The notes: generated by a model not told the origin, from the letters alone. Shown: positions 1 through 11,087, counted from the stretch's first letter. The stretch is 64,000 nt of DNA from Felis catus (GCF_018350175.1 NC_058369.1:5086001-5150000), one strand, 5' to 3'. A program made the numbers and translations.

Positions 1-89
1 CCAGGGTGCCTCCCCGGAAGGGCTGGGGGCTCCAGGAGGCAGGGACTGCCTCACACAGGCAGTGCTGTTTCACCGAGGCACGTGTGTGG

Positions 90-425
90 GTTTCTCATGA
101 GGCTGCAGTCATCTGAAGGCTCAACTGTGGCTACAGGGTCTGCTTCCTAGGTGATTCAGCCACACGGAACCTCCAAGTTCCTCTCCCCTGGGACTCCTCC
201 ATAGGGCTGACTGAGTGGTCTCAACATGGCGGCCGGTCCGTGATCCAAGAGGCCAAAGTGGGAGCTGTAATGCCTTTTGTTACCCAGCCTTGAAAAGTCA
301 TGTATTGTTACTTCCAGCATACTCAGTCACACAGGGCTAATCGTGAGAGAGGCAGTTACAAAAATGACACAAGTCCTGGGATCTGTGGGCCATTTGGGGG
401 CCATCTTGGAGGCTGACTACTGTTG
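90..425. mobile_element. Old MaLR LTR (MLT1-like) fragment
   Basis: Motifs gtcatctgaaggctc, ctccatagggctg..gagt, ggggccatcttggaggctg typical of MLT1. Confidence 0.6.
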
Positions 426-1240
426 TTACATTGTCTTAATTACTGTAGCTGTATGCTGAGTCTTGATGTGAGTAGTCGCAGTTTACTTCTCCCCTCGGCT
501 TGACTTGTCTTGGCTATTTGTGACTATGCATTTTAGGATTCCTGCACCAAGTTCCATGAAAAAGCAGTTTGAGATTTTAACTGACACTGCATTGGGTCTA
601 TGGCTCAATTTTTGAGAAGGCTGAACAATTGTAAATGTTGAGTCTCTCTGGACAAGAATTAGTATATATTTCACTCTACTTGTACAGATCTTCCTTCATA
701 TTTTTCAATACAATTTTAATTTTCTTCATAAAAGAGTTTTTCACTTCTTTTTGTTAGATTCGTTACTCATCACTAGCTTTTTTGTATTTTTGTTTTACAA
801 TTTTTAGGCTACGGTAAAGGGTATCCTTTTAAAATCGAAGTGCCATTTTCGCACAGTGAAATGCTCAGTTCTTCAAGTTTACCATTCAATCAGTTCTAGC
901 AAATGTATACACTTGTGCAACCCACACCCTTATCAGGACACTGAGCATTTCCATCCCTTGTGGCCTTTCTGAGTCAATCTCCGCCACCTTCCCCACCCCA
1001 GAAGCAACCACTGATCTGATTTCTATCACCGTAGATTAGTTTTGCTTATTCTAGAATTTTGTAAATGTTTTCTTTAAAAAAAATAACATTTTATGATTAA
1101 TTTTTGCTAATGTACCACCACACAGTAAACTTTGTGTGTTGATTGTGTATTCACTAGCATTGTTAAGTTAACTGTATTGATTCTGGTTATTTATCTGTAT
1201 TCTTTTGGGCTTTCTGTATTGGTGGCACCTTCAGCAGAAT

Positions 1241-1770
1241 GCCCTCCCTCCCCCCTTCATTCCTTCCTTCATTCCTTCCTTCCTCCCATCCTTCCCTTCC
1301 TCCCTCCCTCCTTCCTTCCTCCCATCCTTCCCTTCCTCCCTCCTTCCTTCCTTCCTCCCATCCTTCCCTTCCTCCCTCCTTCCTTCCTTCCTCCCATCCT
1401 TCCCTTCCTCCCTCCTTCCTTCCTTCCTCCCATCCTTGTCTTCCTCCCTCCTTCCTTCCTTCCTCCCATCCTTCCCTTCCTCCCTCCTTCCTTCCTTCCT
1501 CCCATCCTTCCCTTCCTCCCTCCTTCCTTCCTTCCTCCCATCCTTCCCTTCCTCCCTCCTTCCTTCCTTCCTCCCATCCTTCCCTTCCTCCCTCCTTCCT
1601 TCCTTCCTCCCATCCTTCCCTTCCTCCCTCCTTCCTTCCTTCCTCCCATCCTTCCCTTCCTCCTTCCTTCCTTCCTTCCTCCCTTCCTTCTTTCCTTCCT
1701 TCCTTCCTTCCTTCCTTCCTTCCTTCCTTCCTTCCTTCCCTTCCTCCCACCCTGGCCTCCTTCCTTTTTT
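1241..1770. repeat. Polypyrimidine minisatellite, 36-bp unit (cttcctcccatccttcccttcctccctccttccttc) x~11 grading into (CCTT)n
   Basis: Directly visible; 12-residue periodicity in ORF track. Confidence 0.95.
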
Positions 1771-1942
1771 CCTTTAGTTTTGTCTTGTAGTGCAGGCTAA
1801 GATCTTCAACGCAGTGTTGCCTAGAAATGGTAATGGGAACAGCCCTGGTTAGTTTTGATTTCAAATGCCAGGGAACCTTTTCAACATTTCCACCATTAAA
1901 TACAATGTTTTGCTTTTTATTTAAAACAGAGGTTTAAGATTT

Positions 1943-2406
1943 AAAAAAAAATTTTTTTTAATGTTTTCATTTATTTTTGAGACAGAGAGAGACAGAGCAT
2001 GAGCGGGGGAGGGGCAGAGAGAGAGGGAGACACAGAATCCAAAGCAGGTTCCGGGCTCTGAGCTGTCAGCACAGAGCCCGACACAGGGCTCGGACCCACA
2101 GACTGCAAGATCATGACCTGAGCCGAAGCCGGTCGCTCAACCAACTGAGCCACCCAGGCGCCCTGGTTTAAGATTTTTTTTTTTTTAATTTTTTTTTTAT
2201 CAATGTTTTTTATTTATTTTTGGGACAGAGAGAGACAGAGCATGAACGGGGGAGGGGCAGAGAGAGAGGGAGACACAGAATCGGAAACAGTCTCCAGGCT
2301 CCGAGCCATCAGCCCAGAGCCCGACGCGGGGCTCGAACTCACGGACCGCGAGATCGTGACCTGGCTGAAGTCGGACGCCTAACCGACTGCGCCACCCAGG
2401 GGCCCC
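1943..2406 (-). mobile_element. Two tandem CanSINEs (SINEC_Fc-type)
   Basis: T-tail, (GA)n, body ending ccaggcgcccc; TSDs ggtttaagattt and taagattttt. Confidence 0.9.
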
Positions 2407-2947
2407 TAAGATTTTTTGAAGATGCTCTCTTTATCAGGTTACAGAAATTCCTTTCCATTTCTACTTGACCAAGAGTCATTTTTTCCCCTTTTCTCTCTCT
2501 CTTTATCACAAATGGATGTTGAACTGCTGTTTTTTAGGCATCTCTTACTGTTGCTCATCTCTTTTGAACAGAGAGAGAACAAGCCTTGGGCAGGCAACAG
2601 AATATCCAGCTGGCACTTAGTAACATTGTTTACACCACACTTACTTTACACTGGCTTCTTTTCATAGCAAATGATCCTAGGGTTGTTTGTTTTTGTTTTT
2701 TTGTTTTTTGTTTTTTTGATAGGGTGTAAGGTTCTCTTCTTAAATACATTTATTTCAGTTAAGGTTTATTTAAAGTTCGTGTTACATAGATAATGGGTTG
2801 GGTATACTGTGGAGGCAGCAATTATGTTGCTCTGGCAGAATGCTTGCGGTCACACTGCCTGGGTTTGCTTTCTGGCTGGCTGGCCATGCCTCAGTGTCCT
2901 TCTCTATAAAATGAGGCGATAACATTACTTGCAGGATTGTTGCAAGA

Positions 2948-2952
<5 letters not shown>

Positions 2953-2998
<46 letters not shown>

Positions 2999-3390
2999 GA
3001 GAGAGGAAGAGGGAGGGGTGAAAGGAGGAAGAGAGAGAGAGAGAGAGAAAGTCAAACTCATAGAAGCAGAGAGTAGAAGCTTAGTAGGCACTGGGTGGGG
3101 GGAGGGATGAGAAAAATGGGGAGACGGTGGTCCAAGCATCCAAAATCGCAGTTAGGTAGGAGAGTCAGTCTAGGGATCTAATGTATGGGCATGATGTAGC
3201 TGCCGTCCTGAATAATACTGTCTCGAGCACTGGAAAAACGCTAAGAGAGTAGATTTCAGGTGTGCTGAGCCACACACAATGGTGACTGTGTGAGGAGATG
3301 CGATGTTAATTTGCTGGACTGTAGCAATCATTTCACTATGAATATGCATATCATATCATCACATAGTATGCCTTTAATGTATACAATACT
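2953..3390 (+). mobile_element. (GA)n microsatellite followed by carnivore L1 3' UTR fragment, inserted in a MIR
   Basis: gtcaaactcatagaagcagagagtaga..., gctaagagagtagattt L1 3' motifs; MIR-like flanks 2815-2950 and 3425-3470. Confidence 0.65.
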
Positions 3391-3709
3391 ATATATACAT
3401 ATTAAATATATATGTATATAGAGAGAGCTGGGATTGGGCACATGGTAGGTGCTCATGCAAGGCAGTGAGATAAAACTGGTCAAGAAATTTGGTTCGGATT
3501 CTGTAGGATCTAGGGACCTTAGAGCCCATTGGGGCATTTGGGTGAGTTGACATAAGGCAACAACAGAACCAAATTCCCCAAACCCAGAGGGACATCCTGT
3601 AGGTCTGACTGCTACATCAGTTTATATCCTCTGGTTACAAGTCACTACAACCCAACCCAGACTGATTTAAACAGGAAAGGAACGTGTTGACTCGTGAAAT
3701 TGCAACCTT

Positions 3710-4850
3710 CAGAGATGTTTCCTATAAATGGCGCCATACGACATGTGACCTTTTGTGCCTGGCCACTTTCACTGGGCATCACAGTTTTGAGGGTTATCCA
3801 TTTTGTAGCATGTATCAGTACTTTGCTACTTTGTATGGCTTTATAATATTCCATTGTATGGATATGCCTCGTTTTGTTTATCCGCTTATCAGTTATGGAC
3901 ATAGGTGAATACGTAGGGACAGAAAACAGACACTGGTTCCCAGCGAGAAGGAAGAGAGTGCAGAATGACAGGTGACTGCTTAATGGGTACAGGGTTTCTT
4001 TGTGGGCTGAGAAAAGTGTCTTGGAACTAGATGAATTGATCATTGCAAATATGCTAAATGTCACCAAAGTGTACATTTTAATATGGCTAATGGTTGGGGG
4101 CGCCTGGGTGGCTCAGTTGGTTAAGCATCCAGCTTCGGCTCAGGTCATGATCTCGTGGTTCGTGAGTTTGAGCCCCACTTTGGGCTCTGTGCTGACAGTG
4201 TGGAGCCTGCTTGGGATTTTCTCTCCCCTTCTCTCTCTGCCCCTCCCCTACCCCCCCCCCCCAAAATAAATAAACTTCAAAAAATTAAAGTGGTTAATGG
4301 TTAGGTTTCTTATTATGGTAAAAGATACACAATATTATATACATAAATAGAATGATACAAATATATTTGATAACTATAAATACAAATTTATATAAACTGG
4401 AGAATATATAAATGACAGAATACTTATCATTTTAACCATTTGTAAGTGTACAATTCAGTAGCATTAAAGCCATTCACAGTGCTGTGTAAGCATTACCACG
4501 GTACCCAAAACTGTTCCTCTTCCCCAACAGAAACTCTGTCCCCATTAAACACTAACTCCCCATTCCCTCCTCCAACCCTGGCTCCCACCATCTACTTTTT
4601 GTCTCTATTAATTTGCCTACTCTAGGGACCTCATGTAAGTGGAATCATATAATCATTGTTCTGGCTTATCCTTCTGTGTCTGGCTTATTTCACTGAGCAT
4701 AGTGTTTTCCAAATTCATCCATGTTGTAGCATCAATCAAAAGTTCCCTCCTTTTTCTGGCTGTGTAATATTCCATTGTAGGTACGGAAGACATTTTGTTA
4801 TCAGTTAACGGTTACCTTTATGTTATGTGGGTTTTGCCTCAATAAAAAAA
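3710..4850. mobile_element. Old L1M 3' fragments in both orientations with a + strand CanSINE (~4097-4285)
   Basis: L1M-type motifs (ccattgtatggatat, tggcttatttcactgagcat, ggaactagat) and SINE head ggggcgcctgggtggctcag. Confidence 0.65.
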
Positions 4851-5028
4851 GATTTCAGGGGTAGATCAAGCTTCAGGTACACTTATCTTTATCAGAAGAG
4901 GGTGTGAGAGGGAGGCTGTGCCTTCTTTTCCCCCTTCCATGCCCGTTCCCAAGTCAGACTGCCTAGGGTTCAGCTTCTCCCCTGTCCTGTTATGTTGCCT
5001 CCACCCCCATTTCTGTCTCTCCTCACAG

Positions 5029-5145
5029 TTCCTGTGCCTTAAGAACATACGTACCTTCTTGTCTACCTGCTGTGAGAAGTTTGGCCTCAAGCGGAGTGAA
5101 CTCTTTGAGGCCTTTGACCTCTTTGATGTCCAGGATTTTGGGAAG
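5029..5145 (+). CDS. VAV1: VAV1 exon 2 (CH domain) [39 protein letters not shown]
   Basis: Translation matches VAV1 CH domain; cacag| acceptor, |gtaag donor; 117 nt. Confidence 0.97.
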
Positions 5146-5667
5146 GTAAGCTGGTGCTGAACTTCCCGTGAGCTGGGCACAGAGAGGTGGAAGATTGGAT
5201 TTCCATTCGTTTCCATGAACATTTACACTGGGAAATCTAAGTGCTGTTGGGGGGAAGGACAGAGAAGTCAGACCAGGCCATACACCAGATGCAAAGGGGT
5301 TGGCTTGGGGTATGCACAACTGGGTTCTAGTCCCTGCTTTGCTACTGGTTGTGTGACCTCAGATCTATGGCCGTGCCTCTCTGAGCCCTAGGTGCCTCCT
5401 TTGTAACACAGGAATAATACCATCCTATCCTTTCTGAGTGGTTATGACGATTGCATAGAGTTAGGGGATCGAGTGGTGGGTGCTCAGTTAAGGGAACCCT
5501 GATCTGCTCGCCCAGAGGAGTGGGAAGGGGGAGAAAACCCTGAATTAGCTCCCAGGGGCATGGAGTCTAACCGTGATAATCTAGCCTCGGGGGTTGGAGC
5601 CTGAGCCTGTGTTCTGGCACGTGGGTGGGCAAGGGGCTTACTGAGTGGCCCATGGCCCTTGTCACAG

Positions 5668-5726
5668 GTCATCTACACCCTGTCTGCTCTGTCCTGGACC
5701 CCGATTGCCCAGAATAAGGGGATCAT
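5668..5726 (+). CDS. VAV1: VAV1 exon 3 VIYTLSALSWTPIAQNKGI(M)
   Basis: cacag| ... |gtgagt; 59 nt; frame continues from exon 2. Confidence 0.96.
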
Positions 5727-5836
5727 GTGAGTAACCATTTGAGCTGGCATCCTTGGGCTGACCCAGTCCTACCCCTCCTGCAAGTCCCCATCCCTGGCCC
5801 CCAGGCCTCTGGCTCACACCGTCCTGGCTCCCTCAG

Positions 5837-5905
5837 GCCCTTCCCCACTGAGGAGGAGACCGTGGGTGATGAAGACATCTACAGTGGCCTGTCTGACCAG
5901 ATCGA
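5837..5905 (+). CDS. VAV1: VAV1 exon 4 (acidic region, Y142) PFPTEEETVGDEDIYSGLSDQI(D)
   Basis: ctcag| ... |gtgagt; 69 nt. Confidence 0.96.
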
Positions 5906-5925
5906 GTGAGTGTCTGGGACCACCA

Positions 5926-6597
5926 CCCTGTCCTGGGGGGTCGGAGGGGACATGGCCCTGCCCTGGGGGGTCGGAGGGGACATGGCCCTGCCCTGGGGGG
6001 TCTGAGGGGACATGGCCCTGCCCTGGAGGGGTCGGAGGGGACATGGCCCTGCCCTGGGGGGTCGGAGGTGACATGGCCCTGCCTTGGGGGGCCTGAGGGG
6101 ACACGAGTTTGATCTGGGAGGGGTCTGAGGGGACATGGTCCTGCCCTGGGGTTCTGAGGGGACATAGCCCTGCCCTGGGGGGTCTGAGGGGACATGGTTC
6201 TGCCCTGGGGGTCTGAGGGGACGTGGCCCTGCCCTGGGGGGTCTGAGGGGACACGAGTTTGATCTGGGAGGGGTCTGAGGGGATATGGTTCTCACCTGGG
6301 GGTCTGAGGGGACGTGGCCCTGCCCTGGGGGGTCGGAGGGGACATGGCCCTGCCCTGGGGGGTCTGAGGGGACATGGCCCTGCCCTGGGGTTCTGAGGGG
6401 ACATGGCCCTGTCCTGGGGGGTCTGAGGGGATATGGTTCTGCCCTGGGGGTCTGAGGGGACATGGCCCTGCCCTGGGGGGTCGGAGGGGACATGGCCCTG
6501 TCCTGGGGGGTTGGAGGGGACATGACCCTGCCCTGGGGGGCCTGAGGGGACACGAGTTTGATCTGGGAGGAGTCTGAGGGGTCCCTGGCCTGGGGGC
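5926..6597. repeat. G-rich minisatellite, ~30-bp unit ccctgccctggggggtc(g/t)gaggggacatgg x~22, in VAV1 intron 4
   Basis: Directly visible; variant unit gacacgagtttgatctgggag at ~6100, ~6251, ~6549. Confidence 0.95.
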
Positions 6598-6630
6598 TCC
6601 GGTGGCCCTAGCTGACCCCACACCCCGCAG

Positions 6631-6742
6631 CGACACGGTGGAAGAGGATGAGGACCTGTATGACTGTGTGGAGAACGAGGAGGCGGAGGGTGATGAGATC
6701 TACGAAGACCTCATGCGCTCCGCGGAGCCGGTGCCCATGCCG
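6631..6742 (+). CDS. VAV1: VAV1 exon 5 (acidic region, Y160/Y174) DTVEEDEDLYDCVENEEAEGDEIYEDLMRSAEPVPMP
   Basis: cgcag| ... |gtgcgt; 112 nt; contains the autoinhibitory EIYEDL motif. Confidence 0.95.
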
Positions 6743-6849
6743 GTGCGTGGGGCGGAGCGTGGCGTCCGGGAGGCCTCATGGGGGTGGGGGGGGGGAGGGG
6801 GCGCACAGCCCCGGGCCCCCCAACACCGACCTGTGCTCCCCACTCTCAG

Positions 6850-6945
6850 CCCAAGATGACAGAGTATGACAAGCGGTGTTGCTGCCTGCGGGAGATCCAG
6901 CAGACGGAGGAGAAGTACACGGACACGCTGGGATCCATCCAACAG
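6850..6945 (+). CDS. VAV1: VAV1 exon 6 (DH start) PKMTEYDKRCCCLREIQQTEEKYTDTLGSIQQ
   Basis: ctcag| ... |gtgcgg; 96 nt. Confidence 0.96.
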
Positions 6946-7924
6946 GTGCGGGGCTCCAACCCAGCCCAGGGGGGGCGCATGCGCGGGAGCTGGGCGGGCA
7001 GGTGCGCGTCCCCCGGCCCGAGCGGCGGCCTCTGGGCCGTGCGTAGAAGCCCGTGTGTCCCAAGCGGGCCTCTGTGTCCCCATTGTTTTGTTTCTTCTCT
7101 CTCTCTGCCGCTGGGTTTCTCTTTCATGCCATCTCCTGTCTTGATCGGTCTCTCCTTCCTTCTTCCTCGGTCTCCCTTTCCCTGGGTGTCCCTCTGTCCC
7201 TGTCTGTATCTTTTCCTGTGTCCTCACCTCTGTCCACCTGTGTCTATCACTGTCTCTCCGACCTTCTGTTTTCTTCCCTTTGGCCATTGCTTTTTCAACA
7301 GCTTTATCGAGATGGGCTCAACATACCATACAATTCACCCCTTTAACGTGGACAATTCAGTGGTTTTTGGTGTGGTCACAAGGTTGTGCGACCATCGCCA
7401 CTGTTTAATTTTAGAACATTTTCGTCATCCCCCCCAAAGAAACCCCGTACCCTTTAGCCATCACCCCCTACGCCCCCCGTCCTTCTGCAGCCCCTGGAAA
7501 CCGCTAACCTACTTTCTGTCTCCGTGGATGTGTCTGTTCTGGGCATTTCACACACGTGGCATCCCACACGACGTGGCCCTCTGTGTCCGGCTCTCTCACC
7601 GAGCGTCGTGTGTTCGGGGTCTGTCCACGTGTGCCAGTGTCGCTCCTCTTTGTGGCTGAGCGACATTCTGGTGGGTGGGTGGACCCCATCTTGTTATCCG
7701 TTCACCCATCGCTGGACGTTCGGGTTGGCCCCTCCTTTTCGGCTGTTGCGAATAACGCTGGCGTGAACAGCCGTGAACAGGTGTTTGGGTGGCCGTTGTG
7801 CATCTCTGTCTCTCAGCCTCTCTTTCTGTTGGTCTCTGACTCTGTCTCCTTGTCCCCGGCTCCCTGGGCCTGGTCTGGACGGAGGGGTCCTGCCCCCTTC
7901 ATCCTGCTCTCCCCGCTCCTGCAG

Positions 7925-7993
7925 CATTTCATGAAGCCCCTGCAACGGTTCCTCAAACCCCAAGACATTGAGATTATCTTCATCAACATCGAG
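7925..7993 (+). CDS. VAV1: VAV1 exon 7 (DH) HFMKPLQRFLKPQDIEIIFINIE
   Basis: tgcag| ... |gtgagc; 69 nt. Confidence 0.96.
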
Positions 7994-8141
7994 GTGAGCT
8001 GGCCGGTCCCCAGCCCTCCCGGGCCTCTGTCCAGTGGGGACGACCTGCTGGCTCCACCTGTGCCGGGAGAGTGGGGGCTGGGAGTTGAGCACCGCAGGGT
8101 GGGCCTCCTGAACCCCAGCCCCCACTCCTTCCTCCGAGTAG

Positions 8142-8245
8142 GACCTGCTTCGTGTGCACACTCTCTTCCTAAAGGAGATGAAGGAAGTCCTGGGCACCCC
8201 AGGTGCGCCCACCCTCTACCAGGTGTTCATCAAATACAAGGAGAG
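8142..8245 (+). CDS. VAV1: VAV1 exon 8 (DH) DLLRVHTLFLKEMKEVLGTPGAPTLYQVFIKYKE(R)
   Basis: agtag| ... |gtgaga; 104 nt. Confidence 0.96.
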
Positions 8246-8819
8246 GTGAGACCCAGCCGGCCAGCCCAGACCCCCAGAAGTCACCCCGTCCTGCCCGCAC
8301 CGGGCATTTGGACGACCTTGCCCTCAGAGGCTACCGGACAGGCAGGGCTGTTCCCTCTCTGCTCACGGGCAAGGGAAGGGACTGCCCACTTGTAGGTCAG
8401 TCCCCAGCTCTGCCTCTGCCGGGCTGTGTGGCACTGTAGACTCACTGAACCTCTCTGAGCATCTGCTGCCACATCTGTAAAATCAGTGTGGCGCAGAATG
8501 TACCTCCCAGGGTGAGGATGAAATAACGGATGGCTAAAGTGCTTGGCACAGGGCCTGGCACACAGTAGGTGCTCCGTAAGTGCTTGTTAGATGAGTGAGC
8601 ATTGAGGAGACAATATACCGAGTGCTAAGCGTGTCTTATGCATCATCTCCCTCCGGTGTTTCAGTGGCTCCATGCGGGAGGTGCCATTGTCATGCCCATT
8701 TTACAGATGGGGAGACCGAGGCTCAGACCATCTGGGAAGAGGCGGGGCCTGGACTGACACCCAGATTTGCCTGACCATGGTGCGGGCCACCATTACCCGG
8801 CCACCTGTCCTTCCCTCAG

Positions 8820-8919
8820 GTTCCTCGTCTACGGCCGCTACTGCAGCCAGGTGGAGTCAGCCAGCAAGCACCTGGACCATGTGGCCGCCGCCCGGGAGGA
8901 TGTGCAAATGAAGCTGGAG
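8820..8919 (+). CDS. VAV1: VAV1 exon 9 (DH) FLVYGRYCSQVESASKHLDHVAAAREDVQMKLE
   Basis: ctcag| ... |gtgggg; 100 nt. Confidence 0.96.
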
Positions 8920-9570
8920 GTGGGGCCCGGGCGCCATCTGGGGGGCTCTCTTACCCCTTCCCAGGCCCCAGGGGCAGTGGGGAGGAGACAGAGCTGGTGG
9001 TGCTACTTTCCACCGCAGCCCAGCCAGGGTTTGGGGTGGGAGGTACTGACCAGCTGAGTGGGAGAAAGGGAGCAGGAAGAGGTGGGCGGGAGCCCTGAGC
9101 CCTGACCCCCGCTGAACCCCGACTCTGGACTCAGTCCTGACCCCGACCTCAGCTCTGACTCCAGGCTAACCCCCAGTCCAGCCTGTGCTGAGTCCCAGCC
9201 TTGGCTGTGCCCCAAGTCTGGGCTGAGCCCCAACTCACACCGGGCCCCGGTCCTGGGCTGAGCGCCCCCCTCCCCTGCCCCGGAACCTGTGTATCTACAG
9301 GGCAGAAATGAGGACGGGCCACCTGCATGCACCGTCCATCCGGCCTCGTCAGTCTCCACTGTGGGGACCCTGCAGTCCTGTCCCCCGCTCCCTCCCCAGC
9401 TCCACTCAGCTCCTGGAATCCTGCCTCAGGCAGTGTTTGCCAGCCTTCCAGGAAATTCTTCCTTCACTATTTCCTGGGGCGGCAGGGCCGGGAGATGATG
9501 CTTCAGGTTCTAGAAAAATCCACACCTGTCTCCACCTCATCGTGCTCATCTCTTTCTCTGACCCCCCCAG

Positions 9571-9666
9571 GAATGTTCTCAGCGAGCAAACAACGGGAGG
9601 TTCACCTTGCGGGACCTGCTGATGGTGCCCATGCAGCGGGTGCTCAAGTATCACCTCCTTCTCCAG
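9571..9666 (+). CDS. VAV1: VAV1 exon 10 (DH) [32 protein letters not shown]
   Basis: cccag| ... |gtgcac; 96 nt; DH signature [12 protein letters not shown]. Confidence 0.97.
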
Positions 9667-9866
9667 GTGCACAAGTGGGGGCCCCCAGGCAAGGGCTTGG
9701 TTTGTCTCCCTCTCCGTGTCACAGGCATGGGGCAGAGCTGTCTTCCCGGGGCTGGGGCCTGGCACCCTCTGGGAGGAAGGAGGAAGCTGGCAGGCCAGGC
9801 TTGTCTGGAGGGTCCCCAAGAGGAGAGGGCAGGCCCAGGTGATGTCTGTCTCCATGGGCTGTGCAG

Positions 9867-9935
9867 GAGCTGGTCAAACACACGCAGGACGTGATGGAGA
9901 AGGAGAACTTGAGGCAGGCCCTGGACGCCATGAGG
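9867..9935 (+). CDS. VAV1: VAV1 exon 11 (DH) [23 protein letters not shown]
   Basis: tgcag| ... |gtgagt; 69 nt. Confidence 0.96.
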
Positions 9936-10204
9936 GTGAGTGGTCACACACAGGCGGTTACACGTTGGAGGCAGTGCAGCCCAGGGAACGCGGTCACACC
10001 CACGGGCAACCCCTCCTCTCATCAATGACCACACGCCCATGTGACCAGTGAGTGATTCCTAGCGTCTCGCTTGGGGACAGTACATGCGGGGATGCCCTTT
10101 CTACGCCTCCTGCCAGCCCCTGGTGGGGGCTGACCCCCTACACCCAACCAGAGAGGGGATTGGCCAGGGTGGGGGGCCCAGGCTCACCTCTGCCCCACCC
10201 CCAG

Positions 10205-10291
10205 GACCTGGCACAGTGTGTGAATGAGGTCAAGCGGGACAACGAGACGTTACGGCAGATCACCAATTTCCAACTGTCCATCGAGAACCTG
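10205..10291 (+). CDS. VAV1: VAV1 exon 12 DLAQCVNEVKRDNETLRQITNFQLSIENL
   Basis: cccag| ... |gtgagg; 87 nt. Confidence 0.96.
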
Positions 10292-10401
10292 GTGAGGGGG
10301 CAGGGCAGGACGGGCCAGGGGTGTGGCCGCGGGGGTGGGGTGGGAGGGTGTTTGGCCTCCCCCTGGGTGGCCCCTTGCCAGACCCCCTTCCTGCTGCGTA
10401 G

Positions 10402-10487
10402 GACCAGTCTCTGGCCCACTATGGCCGGCCCAAGATCGATGGGGAGCTCAAGATCACCTCAGTGGAGAGGCGCTCCAAGATGGACCG
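10402..10487 (+). CDS. VAV1: VAV1 exon 13 (PH start) DQSLAHYGRPKIDGELKITSVERRSKMD(R)
   Basis: cgtag| ... |gtaagc; 86 nt. Confidence 0.96.
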
Positions 10488-10814
10488 GTAAGCAGAGCCA
10501 ACAGACACAGGAAAGAGCCGGAGCAGAGGCGGGGCGGGATTTCCAGTTACACCAGGGGGTGGGGCCTAGGTGGGCGGGCGGGGCGGGACCAGCGTGGATG
10601 TGTGGGTGGAGCCAAGACCAGCAGGTGCTGGGACCGGGAAGGATCTTATGGCCGAGGTCAGGATGGGTAGGCCAATCCTGCCAAGCTGGCCACAGAGGAG
10701 GAGAAGGGCGGGAGTCCTAGACGGACGGCCGGGTGGGGCCAGGAAGGTGGAGCTGGTGGGGAGGAGCTGGCCGAGGGGAGCCAGACGGAGGCCCCTGACC
10801 CAAGTTGCTCTCAG

Positions 10815-10947
10815 GTACGCCTTCCTGCTCGACAAAGCTCTGCTCATCTGCAAGCGCCGAGGGGACTCCTACGACCTCAAGAATGTTGTGGATCTGCAAA
10901 GCTTCCAGGTTCGAGATGATTCCTCTGGAGAGCGAGAAAACAAGAAG
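10815..10947 (+). CDS. VAV1: VAV1 exon 14 (PH) YAFLLDKALLICKRRGDSYDLKNVVDLQSFQVRDDSSGERENKK
   Basis: ctcag| ... |gtgggg; 133 nt. Confidence 0.96.
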
Positions 10948-11023
10948 GTGGGGCTCCGAAGCCAGATCTGGGGTCCCCAGTGCTGGGAGAGCTGAGGCTC
11001 TGCACTCGAGCTTTAGAACGCCC

Positions 11024-11025
<2 letters not shown>

Positions 11026-11071
<46 letters not shown>

Positions 11072-11087
11072 CACGCGTGGTCTTAGA
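11026..11087. repeat. (GT)n microsatellite, VAV1 intron 14
   Basis: ~30 GT units. Confidence 0.95.

Noticed and set aside
1132..1864. Long ORFs in several frames (LPPILPFLPPSF / GRKEGGREGWEE repeats)
   Set aside because: Artefact of a stop-free 36-bp tandem repeat; no splice or coding context
1971..2468. Recurring short ORFs (MAQSVERPT..., [20 protein letters not shown]...) across the window
   Set aside because: CanSINE translations, not a gene family
5814..6636. Pro/Gly-rich repetitive ORFs up to 269 aa on the minus strand, and a CRISPR-like look of the array
   Set aside because: Translation of the intron 4 minisatellite; units are contiguous with no unique spacers and the DNA is mammalian
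6778..8395. 293-aa and 279-aa + strand ORFs
   Set aside because: Single VAV1 exons read through into GC-rich intron and L1 remnant; only the exon parts match a protein
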